From assembly GCA_046753765.1 (NCBI GenBank), contig JBHHUN010000002.1:1570-65569 (forward strand): DNA of 64,000 bases, in the 5' to 3' direction. Position numbers and translations under genes: made by a program. This document shows positions 19,304 to 28,923 of this stretch, one piece after another. Source of the stretch: Candidatus Dojkabacteria bacterium (GTDB taxonomy: Bacteria; Patescibacteriota; Dojkabacteria; B142; OLB20). Each line of letters starts with the position of its first letter. Position 1 is the stretch's first letter. The notes beneath the pieces were generated by a model, which was given only the letters and a program-made list of their open reading frames with translations, made no database searches and was not told the origin of the DNA.

Positions 19304-20350
19304 TTACCTGTTTGACAACATATATCTTGTACCTCTGCCCTTCCCCTCTACCTTGAGCAATTTCTTTTTCACAAGGGCGTTCAGGTCACGAAATGCAGTC
19401 ATTGTAGAGACGTCCATCATCTGAACGTAGTCTTCTCTTTTAACCGTCGGAATAGTTTGCAAGTAACGTAGTATCTTAAGCTGTCGTTTGTTTAAGTCAA
19501 GAAATGGCTGTTTGCTCGATCTGCTTTCACTTGGTTTATTTCGGTTGACTTCATCTTTTGTGTCTACCATGTCGTTTGCCAGATTACGTATGAACCTCTC
19601 AAGCCAAAGGGTCAGGTCATCATTGTGTTCAATTGCTTTTGACCAAGCCTCAAGATACTCATCTTCATAGATGTCAAAGTTTCTGGTTGATGGAAGAAAT
19701 GTTTTATCTAGATATCCATTTTTCTGAAGTAAGTAATCAGCTACTGAGATGACCGTGAGTTTATTAGCAACAATAAATGGCGAGACACGGATAAGCCTGT
19801 AAAGAAGTACCCCTACCCTAATCACATTGTGTACTTTTGCAATTGATGACTTATACCAGTCGAGCACCTGGAGCAGTTCGTCTTGGATAGCTATTGCTTC
19901 GATTCTGTTGTCCCTGAGATTTACCCAATTATCCAAAATGACATCAATGTCTTCCCCACCTGTTCGAAATTTTGACTCCCACGTCTCTTTCCAGTCAGAG
20001 AGGAGTATCTTGTTTAAATGGAGTAAAATGTTGATATCTATGTCGACGTAGGTGTCTGTGACGTTCGAACGAATGAATTCTATGCAGTTTCTGAAGTTAT
20101 TTAAAATGATACCCCTTGCGTCATCTGTCTTAACCTTTCGACCCTCAGCTGCTTTTTCAGCGTCTTTCAGTGTAAGCTCGACACCAATAATGTGTGCAAG
20201 GTGGAACATGTTTACAGCTTTGGATCTCAGCTGTAGATTTGTGGTTGCCTGAGTTGTTAGTTGCTGGCTCTCTATCTGACTTTTCTCAACCTCCAGCTTC
20301 ACCAGATTCATTACCATACGATTAGTGAGTGTGTATTTTGGTTCGTACAT
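19304..20350 (-). CDS. Fic-like protein with degenerate Fic motif and C-terminal winged HTH
   Basis: N-terminal YEPKYTLT; SPFIVANKLT in place of HPFxDGNGR; C-terminal TAFRDL...GKGRGTRY. Confidence 0.75.
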   Translation of the reverse strand: MYEPKYTLTNRMVMNLVKLEVEKSQIESQQLTTQATTNLQLRSKAVNMFHLAHIIGVELTLKDAEKAAEGRKVKTDDARGIILNNFRNCIEFIRSNVTDTYVDIDINILLHLNKILLSDWKETWESKFRTGGEDIDVILDNWVNLRDNRIEAIAIQDELLQVLDWYKSSIAKVHNVIRVGVLLYRLIRVSPFIVANKLTVISVADYLLQKNGYLDKTFLPSTRNFDIYEDEYLEAWSKAIEHNDDLTLWLERFIRNLANDMVDTKDEVNRNKPSESRSSKQPFLDLNKRQLKILRYLQTIPTVKREDYVQMMDVSTMTAFRDLNALVKKKLLKVEGKGRGTRYMLSNR

Positions 20351-20450
20351 GAAACATTTAGTCTGCTTTTATTAAAGATAACAAATGGGTGTCGTTAGCA
20401 TACCACAAAATGTTATGAGTAGTGAATGGTGGGAACAAAATCATTGTGGA

Positions 20451-21947
20451 CTAAGGATATATTTTCCGTTTCGCTGCATCGCGAAGTTGCCTGAGAAGCT
20501 CTTGATCCTCCTTTGTGCGTCGCCTTTTACGAAGTGCTCGACTGATTCCATACCCCATTCCAGCAGTAACTGCTGCTCCGCTACACAACGCCAGAAGAAG
20601 GAGTTCAATTTCATTGCCAGTTTCTGCCTTGTCTTTTTCTTCGACTTGATTGATTTCAACGGTGGGTAGCATTGTGGCTGGAATAGCGCTCACGGTAACA
20701 TGCTGTGTTGGCGTAGCAGTCATTGTAGGGTTTAGTGTGGCAGACACCGTTGGAAAACCGGTGTTGGTGGCAGTACTGGTGCTGGTTGAGGTTGGGGTTT
20801 CACTTGCAGTGCTCATAACTGTCGCTGTTCGTGTGGCAGTCTCGGTTGGTATCAATTGCGTGGCAGTTGGTGCAGGTACCATAAACAAGAGATCTGCGGA
20901 AGTGTAGCGTGGATTGACATCAGAGTTTTCTCCTTTTCTACCACCAACTAGGTGCATAGCAGAGATATTTCTACCAAAACGGGCGCTAAGCTGCCTGTCA
21001 ATTCGCTCTCCATCAGTGATTAAATAGTACAGAAGTTCCCAGTCTTCATAACCCCAGTGCATATATGGTTCTAACATCTGGTTGAGTCGACCTATTGCCC
21101 CCATTCCGGTTGTAAACTCACTGTAGCTTGCTCCGGCATCTGGAGTATCAACTAGGTATGTGTAACCGGATGAAACCGTACCATGCCATCCTTCGTGGAA
21201 AAGTTCTAACAGAGCGTGTTGAAGCACCTCAATATAATAGCGAAGTGTCCCGCTTTCGAATTGGTATACAAGCTGGTCAGGTGTACCTATTCCGTATTGT
21301 TGTAACTCACCAGTATTGAAACGAGGTAAAACAGTCTGGTTAAGAATACCGCCTTGGACGACTTCCTCTACAACTAATTGCGGGTAAATGCTGTCTGTAA
21401 AGACAATGTGATTGGAGTTGAGGATTGTTCTCCCACCTTCGTCGGTGCAAACCAATACAAACGGTGTTGTAGCGGTACTTCCATTTCTGTTGTGGACTGC
21501 CTCGTCGGCATCCTCACCACCAACACCAATGACAATGGAATTGATATATTCAGCTGTATCCCCTCGCATTTCTCCGCGTATCCAGTTGAGCGAATCCAGA
21601 AGTAAGTTATTCCATTCGTTTCCGGGTGTGAAAACGTCTGTTATGGGACTAATACCCAGTAGTGCTGCATCATAACCGTGTGCAGATGAACTAAACCTTC
21701 CAATATGGATAATCTGGTCCGGAAGGCTTTCTGGCTGAGTGGAAACACAAACTATCTGTGCCTCTTGGGTCTGTGTCGGCCCCTGTGCTTCCGCCTCCCC
21801 CAGAGGAGCCAGTAGCAACAACAGTGTTGTCATGGTAATCAAAGTGGTTGCACCCAGGGCGCGTCTCGTAGCAGCCATAAAGGCCTCTTTCTTAACGGTA
21901 TTTTTCGGTGGTGGGACCTCTCGAAAAGAGGTTGTTTCAATACCCAT
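20451..21947 (-). CDS. Surface protein with zincin HExxH motif, Thr-rich stalk and C-terminal TM
   Basis: Signal-like segment, ELFHEGWHG, T/S/P-rich linker, TM followed by basic tail. Confidence 0.65.
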   Translation of the reverse strand: MGIETTSFREVPPPKNTVKKEAFMAATRRALGATTLITMTTLLLLLAPLGEAEAQGPTQTQEAQIVCVSTQPESLPDQIIHIGRFSSSAHGYDAALLGISPITDVFTPGNEWNNLLLDSLNWIRGEMRGDTAEYINSIVIGVGGEDADEAVHNRNGSTATTPFVLVCTDEGGRTILNSNHIVFTDSIYPQLVVEEVVQGGILNQTVLPRFNTGELQQYGIGTPDQLVYQFESGTLRYYIEVLQHALLELFHEGWHGTVSSGYTYLVDTPDAGASYSEFTTGMGAIGRLNQMLEPYMHWGYEDWELLYYLITDGERIDRQLSARFGRNISAMHLVGGRKGENSDVNPRYTSADLLFMVPAPTATQLIPTETATRTATVMSTASETPTSTSTSTATNTGFPTVSATLNPTMTATPTQHVTVSAIPATMLPTVEINQVEEKDKAETGNEIELLLLALCSGAAVTAGMGYGISRALRKRRRTKEDQELLRQLRDAAKRKIYP

Positions 21948-22080
21948 AATATATACTTACTACATACTATATTATAGGGTATATGGTGATTTTTAACAAA
22001 GATTTGAATCCTTGAAAGGTATGCCTGTGGGGATAATTCGGAAAGTCCGAATTGCCGAATTATTGCACAGAAGTCCGATA

Positions 22081-22153
22081 AGCTGGAGGTGAGGATCGAA
22101 CTCACGACCTGTCCCTTACGAAGGGAATGCTCTGCCAGCTGAGCTACTCCAGC
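22081..22153 (-). tRNA. tRNA-Thr(CGT), CCA not encoded
   Basis: GCTGGAGTAGCTCAGCTGG...TTCGTAA...GTTCGATCC...CTCCAGCT. Confidence 0.93.
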
Positions 22154-22186
22154 GAAGAAATCGGGATGGCCTGGGGCAAAACAACA

Positions 22187-22372
22187 CTATTTCTCTTCTT
22201 CGATCATCTCCAGTAAATGATCACTTCCGTCTTTTCCTGTGACCTCATATTCGATTCCGCAAAATTCGCATTCAACCACATCGCCCTCTTTCAAGTCATC
22301 TGCCAGCTTCGTGTCGTTTTTACACTCCTGACAAGTTAGACTATGATTCTGTGTTTTCGTTTGCTCACCCAT
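22187..22372 (-). CDS. LysW/ArgW-like zinc-ribbon carrier protein with atypical C-terminus (EEEK)
   Basis: CQEC...GDVVECEFCGIEYEV; acidic; 61 aa. Confidence 0.75.
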   Translation of the reverse strand: MGEQTKTQNHSLTCQECKNDTKLADDLKEGDVVECEFCGIEYEVTGKDGSDHLLEMIEEEK

Positions 22373-22401
22373 AAGTTATCAATTAATATGTAAAATCAAG
22401 C

Positions 22402-23340
22402 GTGCACCACGTTATAGTATGCAAGCTTATGAACAGTATATGGAATTATAACAAAATTGTAGATGTAGGTGAGCCATTTCGGCTAACACTTGGTGAAGGA
22501 TTCACACCGGTCACCCATATCGAAGTTGACGGGCTTGAGATCTGCCTGAAACTCGAAGACCGTAATCCTACGGGATCCTTCAAAGACAGAAGTCTGGCGT
22601 ACCAGCTATCCCATTATATAAGCCAAGGTAAGTGTAGCTTTGTAATTTCCTCGTCTGGGAATGCAGCGATCAGCGCCGTCGCATATGCAAATAAGGCTGA
22701 TGTAAAGTTGGACGTATTTGTTTCAACTAAAATTAACAAGGAGAAGTCAGGGATTCTTAAGGGTTTTGTCGACAAAAAGGTTGCGATCCACAAGGTCCAA
22801 CGACCTAAGTCTGAAGCAATTCAGTTTGCAAAAAAAAACGAAGCTGTGAACCTGCGTGGATCAACGGATGAGCACGCTGTAACCGGCTTCAAAACTATTG
22901 CTTATGATCTTTACGAGCAGTGTCCTGACTTAGACAGTGTATTTGTACCCTGTAGTAGCGGAACCGGATCAACGGGGATAAATAAGGGATTTGAAGAGCT
23001 GGATAAAGATGTGCAGCTTCATGTCTGCCAGACTACACGAATTCATCCCATAGCATCTGAAACAGATCAGGACTTCAAACCATCTAAGACCAGTCTGGCC
23101 GACGCAATCACTGACAGAGTAGCTAAACGCAAAAAAAGCCTACTGGAGTGTGTCGCTAAGTCGGGTGGTGCCGGTTGGGTGCTCAGCGACAGCGATCTCC
23201 ATAAGGCTCAATCTGCCATGGAAAAGGGTGGACTAGATGATATCTCGTATAACTCTCTTCTCTCTGTGGCAGGAATACTGAAAGCCAGAGAGTCAGGACA
23301 TGAGTTTGTAAAACCTGTAGCTGTTATTAGCGGAAGATGA
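22402..23340 (+). CDS. Fold-type II PLP enzyme (threonine synthase-like)
   Basis: LGEGFTP, NPTGSFKDR, SSSGNAA, VPCSSG. Confidence 0.85.
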   Translation: MHHVIVCKLMNSIWNYNKIVDVGEPFRLTLGEGFTPVTHIEVDGLEICLKLEDRNPTGSFKDRSLAYQLSHYISQGKCSFVISSSGNAAISAVAYANKADVKLDVFVSTKINKEKSGILKGFVDKKVAIHKVQRPKSEAIQFAKKNEAVNLRGSTDEHAVTGFKTIAYDLYEQCPDLDSVFVPCSSGTGSTGINKGFEELDKDVQLHVCQTTRIHPIASETDQDFKPSKTSLADAITDRVAKRKKSLLECVAKSGGAGWVLSDSDLHKAQSAMEKGGLDDISYNSLLSVAGILKARESGHEFVKPVAVISGR

Positions 23341-23849
23341 TCTTAACAGTTTTTTATCTTGCCCTATTAGTTCTAATTTCGATCTATGGATTCTACTGGG
23401 TATACGGAGTCTTTAAGGGAGCGCCATATTATCCCAGTAATAAACATGCCATCGCACAGATGCTCGAGTTTGCTCAGCTAAAACCAGAGAGCAAAGTGGC
23501 TGAGCTTGGGTCAGGGGATGGTCGTCTTGCGATTAAGTTGGCAAAAGCCGGTTTCGAGGTAACCGCATATGAGATAAACCCCATTTTTACAATCATTACA
23601 AGGCTCATAGCAATGCTCAGGAGAGTGCCAAACTTAAAGATCAAACAGGAGGACTTCTTAAAAGCTGATCTGAGTAAGTATGACATCGTTGTAACTTACC
23701 TTTATCCGGGGATTATGCAAAAGCTTGAAAAAAAACTGTATAGTGAGTTGAAATCTGGGTCTTTGGTAATAACTAATACATTCAGTATGCAAAAGAAAAA
23801 ACCGCTAAAGAAGGGGGCGTCTAAGATTTTACTCTACAAAATTGACTGA
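23337..23849 (+). CDS. Membrane-anchored class I SAM methyltransferase
   Basis: N-terminal TM, GAPYYP, ELGSGDGR, YEINP. Confidence 0.88.
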   Translation: MILTVFYLALLVLISIYGFYWVYGVFKGAPYYPSNKHAIAQMLEFAQLKPESKVAELGSGDGRLAIKLAKAGFEVTAYEINPIFTIITRLIAMLRRVPNLKIKQEDFLKADLSKYDIVVTYLYPGIMQKLEKKLYSELKSGSLVITNTFSMQKKKPLKKGASKILLYKID

Positions 23850-25287
23850 CGATCAAACTGAAAAACTTATCGATAAAGTAAACCAACATCTAGGGGGTGA
23901 TGCTTACTTCTATCTGAGTAATGACCCCGAAAGGGGCTTAGGATTAGAGGGTCTGATTGATAACCTGCACCTGGTTCACATTGATCAAACGCAGCTGCTT
24001 CCCTACTTCAAAAGCAATGACATCAACTATTTTAGCCTTGAAGAGATACTTGGAACAGTGGGTTCGGTTTACAGAAGCTCAATCAAATTGATTAATCACG
24101 ACGAATTCAGGCGCTATTTCGCTGAACACAAAGGAAACGACAACTATTTCCAGACTTTCAAAATTTCACCTGCGTTTTCAAAAAGTGTGTCTAGTCTAGA
24201 GGGGGAACTCCTAAATACGTCTGCAGAGCTCAATAGAATGTTTGAAAACAAGCTAAGTCAGTATGAACAGATTAGAGACCTGGATATTAAAATGCCGAGA
24301 ACTGGCATTCTGAAGCTAGAAGATGCACTCTACCACGCACTGACAGGAACTTATGGATCTCCATTTATCGTTCAGTTTGACCGTGGACACACAGGAGGGG
24401 GCACCTTTTACATTGATTCGGAACCCAGGTTTGCTGAATTAAAAGAGCAGTTTCCAAAGCGTGAAGTCCGTGTCGCTGAATATATCTCAGGAAGACCGTA
24501 TACTCTGAACGCCTGTGTATCCAAAAAAGGAATATTTATGGGGGGGCTAAGCTTTCAAATCACGGGTGCTCCGGAGCTTACCTCTGACAGAGGGGCTACG
24601 GTTGGTAACGACTTTTCCTATAGAGACGGTATTACCCCTGAAGTACTCCTGAAAATTCAGCAGTTTGTGAAGTTAATCGGTGAAAAGATGCTCTCTTCTG
24701 GGTATCTTGGGTTGTTTGGGGTTGACCTGATTGTTCATAAAGATGATGTGAGGATAATAGAGATCAACGCCCGTCAACCAGCATCAATTCCTATGCATAC
24801 GAAAATTCAACTAGGACAAGGTCAGGTACCATTGGCACTCATCCATCTTCTTGAATTTATGGGGCTGGAGTATGATCTTGACGTAGAGGGATACAATGAG
24901 GTTGCATTTGCACCATCAGCGTACTCACAGATCTTCCTGAGAGCGAAGTCAGAATCCAGGCTTACTTCGCAGGTGAAGATGGGTATTTACAGGCTTCTTA
25001 GTGATAACAGCGCAATTGATCGTTTAAGTGGTGAGGTAGTAGAAGGTACGATATTTCTTGACGAAGACAGAGATAAACCGCTTATGTTTCAAAGTAATGG
25101 ATATACAGTTAGCGATCTTGACGAAAACCCCGGAATGTTGGTCATGGCACCAGTAAAGGGGCGAATAGTTAAAAAAGGAAGAGAGCTTGCTCGAATTCAG
25201 ATTGGACAGCAGGCAGTCGATAACAACGGTGAGCTTGCGCCGTGGATTCCAGAGGCGTTAAATGCAATTAACAATTACCAAATATAA
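23842..25287 (+). CDS. ATP-grasp domain protein
   Basis: FENK, GHTGGGT, EYISG, GLFGVD, IIEINAR. Confidence 0.85.
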   Translation: MTDDQTEKLIDKVNQHLGGDAYFYLSNDPERGLGLEGLIDNLHLVHIDQTQLLPYFKSNDINYFSLEEILGTVGSVYRSSIKLINHDEFRRYFAEHKGNDNYFQTFKISPAFSKSVSSLEGELLNTSAELNRMFENKLSQYEQIRDLDIKMPRTGILKLEDALYHALTGTYGSPFIVQFDRGHTGGGTFYIDSEPRFAELKEQFPKREVRVAEYISGRPYTLNACVSKKGIFMGGLSFQITGAPELTSDRGATVGNDFSYRDGITPEVLLKIQQFVKLIGEKMLSSGYLGLFGVDLIVHKDDVRIIEINARQPASIPMHTKIQLGQGQVPLALIHLLEFMGLEYDLDVEGYNEVAFAPSAYSQIFLRAKSESRLTSQVKMGIYRLLSDNSAIDRLSGEVVEGTIFLDEDRDKPLMFQSNGYTVSDLDENPGMLVMAPVKGRIVKKGRELARIQIGQQAVDNNGELAPWIPEALNAINNYQI

Positions 25288-26066
25288 TGAAACAGATTCT
25301 GAAGCTACCAAAAGCAGCCTACGATGTGATTGAAAACTACAAGTGCCTTAATATAGGTGGAAAAAAGATCCGCTCACCGTATTTTATGAATGTAAAGAAG
25401 CAACGCGGTGGACTAAGGGTGATGGTTGGCAAAGGATCCCCAGGCGAAATAGAGCGGGAGGTTCAGGTTATGGCGCAGCTGAAGGGTTTTGATTTAGCTG
25501 GTGCGGACGAGCAACAGATTCGAAAATTCATGCAAGACAGGGATATTGGCGTTGATTGCTCCGCTTTCACTGTACACGTGATAAGCAAGATACTCGAAGA
25601 GCAGGAGCATCACAATCCGGCGGCATACCTTAAGTTTAGGAATAATAGTCTTATCAGCAGAATAAGGAGGTATTTCAGGCCGGTTGAGAACATTAGTGCG
25701 GACCTGCTAACAAACGAAGACAATACCGAAAAAGTCATAGATCTCAACGATATCAAGCCTGGAGATTTTATAAGGCTTAAGGGTAAGCAGAGAAACTCTG
25801 ACCATATACTGATTATTTCAAAGGTAGTGCTTACAGATGATGTTATACAACAGTTTGAATACGTACATTCAACAAGAGAATATGGTGACGAGAATGGTAT
25901 CGTCACTGGAAGGGTTGAAGTTTCTCATCCTGACGGAGAGCTGAAAGATCAGAAGTGGGACGAAGAGAGGCAGTACAACAACTTGTTGAAGGATTATGAT
26001 GACAACGGAGTTAGAAGGCTTAGAAAGGTAACGATTGATTTTGACACTGAGAATGTGGCTGATTGA
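25287..26066 (+). CDS. NlpC/P60-like (papain-fold) hypothetical protein
   Basis: GVDCSAF, IKPGDFI, HILII, HS motifs. Confidence 0.6.
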   Translation: MKQILKLPKAAYDVIENYKCLNIGGKKIRSPYFMNVKKQRGGLRVMVGKGSPGEIEREVQVMAQLKGFDLAGADEQQIRKFMQDRDIGVDCSAFTVHVISKILEEQEHHNPAAYLKFRNNSLISRIRRYFRPVENISADLLTNEDNTEKVIDLNDIKPGDFIRLKGKQRNSDHILIISKVVLTDDVIQQFEYVHSTREYGDENGIVTGRVEVSHPDGELKDQKWDEERQYNNLLKDYDDNGVRRLRKVTIDFDTENVAD

Positions 26067-26179
26067 TTAGTAGCTCGCACGAGCGAAATAATTCCAGAGA
26101 TTGACCGATATAAGAGGCATTGTTTGTGTGAATTCTATATAATTGTGTTATAATAAGTCATATATCGTTAATATATACA

Positions 26180-27592
26180 ATGCCTAACCCAGATATACCT
26201 AATAATGGTGATACGAAGGATCTGTTACCTTCACCTTCAGCAAAAGTGTACACATTAGTTCATTCTCAGCAGGAAGCTTCTCCTATGGGAGCGGAGAATG
26301 CATCATTTCATGGCGGGATAGGACCATATACTGTCTCATGTGGTACAGATCGCGGGCGAAGGCGTTTTAATCAAGACGCATTTGAGTGGACCGAACTTAC
26401 TCTATCGACTCCAGGCACCGAAGCGCCGACATACGCACAAGTTCTATCACTTCTTGATGGTGCTGGAGGTCATTTTGGTGGTGAGCTTGCAGCAGCTATC
26501 GCTTCGTCTGTATTTCATGCAGAAACAATTAAAAATCCCAATGTGGAATCTGTAAGGGCCAATATGCTTGCTGCTCACAATGCAGTACGCAGTGTCAAAG
26601 ACGCTATACATGGGGCAGTAGTAAAAACAATAGAAGATACAATGCTTGGACTAAATGAAGAAGCAATAGCGCATCTATTTACAGTTGATCAAAGTAAGAC
26701 TGGATTTCATCCAAAACTGACCTCCGTATACAATATTGCAGCCGCGATGATAACTCAATCTCGCGATCTCAAGGTTAGGGAGCTTCCGGAGGACTCAGAT
26801 GACCACGCTCAAATTGTGCAGCGATTAACTAAGAACTATCCCAATCTTGTCGACAGAGGAAAACAGTATTTGAAGAATATCTATGAACAAGTCATACCCT
26901 ATATCTTTGAGCAGATAGAGTTGACACGAGCAGACTTCGAGGCTCAGCTCAAGGGCCCTCATCGAGAGATCATACTAGAACACATAGATAATTACCTGAC
27001 GCTTCAAACTGAAGCAAACGGGGTGTCAGAGGAAGAATACTTCGCTAGTCTCGTGAACCCATTAGAAGGCAACACATTAGATGGCATGTGCGCCGCAGGT
27101 GTAGCACTAATACAGATAGAAGATCATGTCTCCATACAGCATTCGGGTGATGTGCGGGCATACGTATTTCGAGCAAAAAAAGGCGAAGTTCACAGATGCA
27201 CCACTGATAACACAGCAGGTGCATACATCAGACAGTACCCATGTCCAGCAGTCGATCTTGTTGATGAAAAAGATAAGTACGATCCATATGATCCTGCCGC
27301 TGTCGAAGATGCTGCGAAAAAATACGATCACGTATTGATGGGGGCAGTGGGCTCTAACGATCCAGGGCTAAGAAGTGTTGATGTTGTCCTAGAACCTGGT
27401 GATAGACTGGTACTCAGCTGCGATGGTGCACATGAGTTCATCGATGAAGAGGAGCTCAAGCAGATACTGCAAAATGCCACCTCAGTTGAAAAGGCTCAGA
27501 GGCAACTCATTGAAGCGTCCCTCCGAAACGATACGACAGACAACACTACAGTCATTGTCACGCAATACTCCCCAGAACCGGAAGCTGTTTAG
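26180..27592 (+). CDS. PP2C-family Ser/Thr phosphatase with large insertion
   Basis: NQDA, LLDGAGGH, GDVRAY, SCDG, DNTT. Confidence 0.85.
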   Translation: MPNPDIPNNGDTKDLLPSPSAKVYTLVHSQQEASPMGAENASFHGGIGPYTVSCGTDRGRRRFNQDAFEWTELTLSTPGTEAPTYAQVLSLLDGAGGHFGGELAAAIASSVFHAETIKNPNVESVRANMLAAHNAVRSVKDAIHGAVVKTIEDTMLGLNEEAIAHLFTVDQSKTGFHPKLTSVYNIAAAMITQSRDLKVRELPEDSDDHAQIVQRLTKNYPNLVDRGKQYLKNIYEQVIPYIFEQIELTRADFEAQLKGPHREIILEHIDNYLTLQTEANGVSEEEYFASLVNPLEGNTLDGMCAAGVALIQIEDHVSIQHSGDVRAYVFRAKKGEVHRCTTDNTAGAYIRQYPCPAVDLVDEKDKYDPYDPAAVEDAAKKYDHVLMGAVGSNDPGLRSVDVVLEPGDRLVLSCDGAHEFIDEEELKQILQNATSVEKAQRQLIEASLRNDTTDNTTVIVTQYSPEPEAV

Positions 27593-27625
27593 CACTTGAC
27601 GATTCTTTCTGCTAAGTGCTATAGT
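27589..27625 (+). promoter_or_regulatory. hrcA promoter with overlapping CIRCE-like inverted repeat
   Basis: TTGACG-N18-TATAGT with extended TG; TTAGCACTT-N16-AAGTGCTAT. Confidence 0.65.
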
Positions 27626-27649
27626 TGACCCATTCTCAGTTGAAGTGAA

Positions 27650-28372
27650 ATGACTCCACGACAATCCAGGCTGCTCAAGGCGATTATTGATGAGTTTATT
27701 CAAACAGCAGATGCTGTTGGCTCCGTCAATCTGGCTAATAAGTATAGACTCGGAGTGAGCCCAGCCACTATCAGAAATGAAATGGCCAACCTGGTGAAGA
27801 GCGGATATCTCCAAAAACCACATTCGTCTTCAGGGAGAGTACCGACAAATATGGGCTTCAAGTACTTCATTGATAAACTCCTCAGAGAACTTGATGACCT
27901 TGGGATAGAGAGCTCCAATAGGATTCGCGAGCAGTTATTTCAATCACGGTTTGATAAGGATAAATTGATATACAAGGCTGTTAACGCCCTCTCCAACGAA
28001 AGCAAAGCACTTGCTTTGGTGTTACTGGGTAACAGAGCTTATTACGCAGGTATCTCGCGATTACTTGATCAGCCGGATTTCAACTCAAGGGATGAGCTAA
28101 TCGAAATTCTTAAAATCATTGAAGACCAGGCCTTATTGCACAAGGTATTTGAAAAATATCGAGGCAAGAGGGCGATCAGGATTCTAGTTGGAGAAGACAC
28201 AGGCCACGGTTCTCTGGCCAACGTTGCACTCATATTCAGCCCTATAAAGCTTCACGGTGACAGGAGAGGTTATCTTGCTTTGGTGGGCCCAAACAGAATG
28301 AATTATGCACGTAACATTCCACTGATCGAGTTTATTTCAGCCAATCTAAACGAGGTTGTGAGCGGCTGGTAG
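27650..28372 (+). CDS. hrcA: Heat-inducible transcription repressor (short form)
   Basis: VSPATIRNEM, PHSSSGRVPT, GPNRMNY; precedes grpE-dnaK. Confidence 0.93.
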   Translation: MTPRQSRLLKAIIDEFIQTADAVGSVNLANKYRLGVSPATIRNEMANLVKSGYLQKPHSSSGRVPTNMGFKYFIDKLLRELDDLGIESSNRIREQLFQSRFDKDKLIYKAVNALSNESKALALVLLGNRAYYAGISRLLDQPDFNSRDELIEILKIIEDQALLHKVFEKYRGKRAIRILVGEDTGHGSLANVALIFSPIKLHGDRRGYLALVGPNRMNYARNIPLIEFISANLNEVVSGW

Positions 28373-28395
28373 AAGTATTTCACAAGAGATAATAC

Positions 28396-28899
28396 ATGAA
28401 GGCTCCAGAAGAACTGGAAAATGAAAATTCAGAACGTGAAAGTGATACTGAGTCACTTGAGCAGCAACTTGAAACAGCAAAAAATGCACACCTTACGGTG
28501 TTGGCTGACTTTCAAAACTACAAGAGGCGCGTTCAAGAACAACAAAGTATCTTGAAAGTCGAAGCCACCGACGAATTGCTGATGAGGCTTACAGGTATAA
28601 TTGATGACTATTTGCGCTCGCAACAGGACAAAAAAAGTAAAACTGAGGCGAAGTTGAAGGGATTGCAACTGGTGTTTGAAAAACTTGAGGCAGTCCTTGA
28701 AGAAAGTGGATTAGAAAAGATCTCTGTCAAACCTGGTGACAAGTTTGAATCTGAAACAATGGAAGCTATCACAACTGCTCCAGTTTCGAAGAAGAAGCAA
28801 GAGAATACAGTGATCGAAGTAACGTCGGAAGGCTACCGCCACACGAGTACTGGACGTATTCTTAAAACTGCGAAGGTAATAACTGGAAAATTTAAATAA
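28396..28899 (+). CDS. grpE: Nucleotide exchange factor GrpE
   Basis: ADFQNYKRR, GY...RILKTAKV. Confidence 0.93.
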   Translation: MKAPEELENENSERESDTESLEQQLETAKNAHLTVLADFQNYKRRVQEQQSILKVEATDELLMRLTGIIDDYLRSQQDKKSKTEAKLKGLQLVFEKLEAVLEESGLEKISVKPGDKFESETMEAITTAPVSKKKQENTVIEVTSEGYRHTSTGRILKTAKVITGKFK

Positions 28900-28923
28900 A
28901 TTTATATATTAAGTTTTTTAACA

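Noticed and set aside
20690-20880. Repetitive GT-rich DNA as a tandem repeat or CRISPR
   Set aside because: It encodes a Thr-rich linker; no repeat-spacer array or cas genes were seen in the window
22187-23340. Canonical LysW lysine pathway or true thrC
   Set aside because: The carrier lacks EDWGE and no lysZ/Y/J/K or hom/thrB genes are nearby, so gene symbols were withheld
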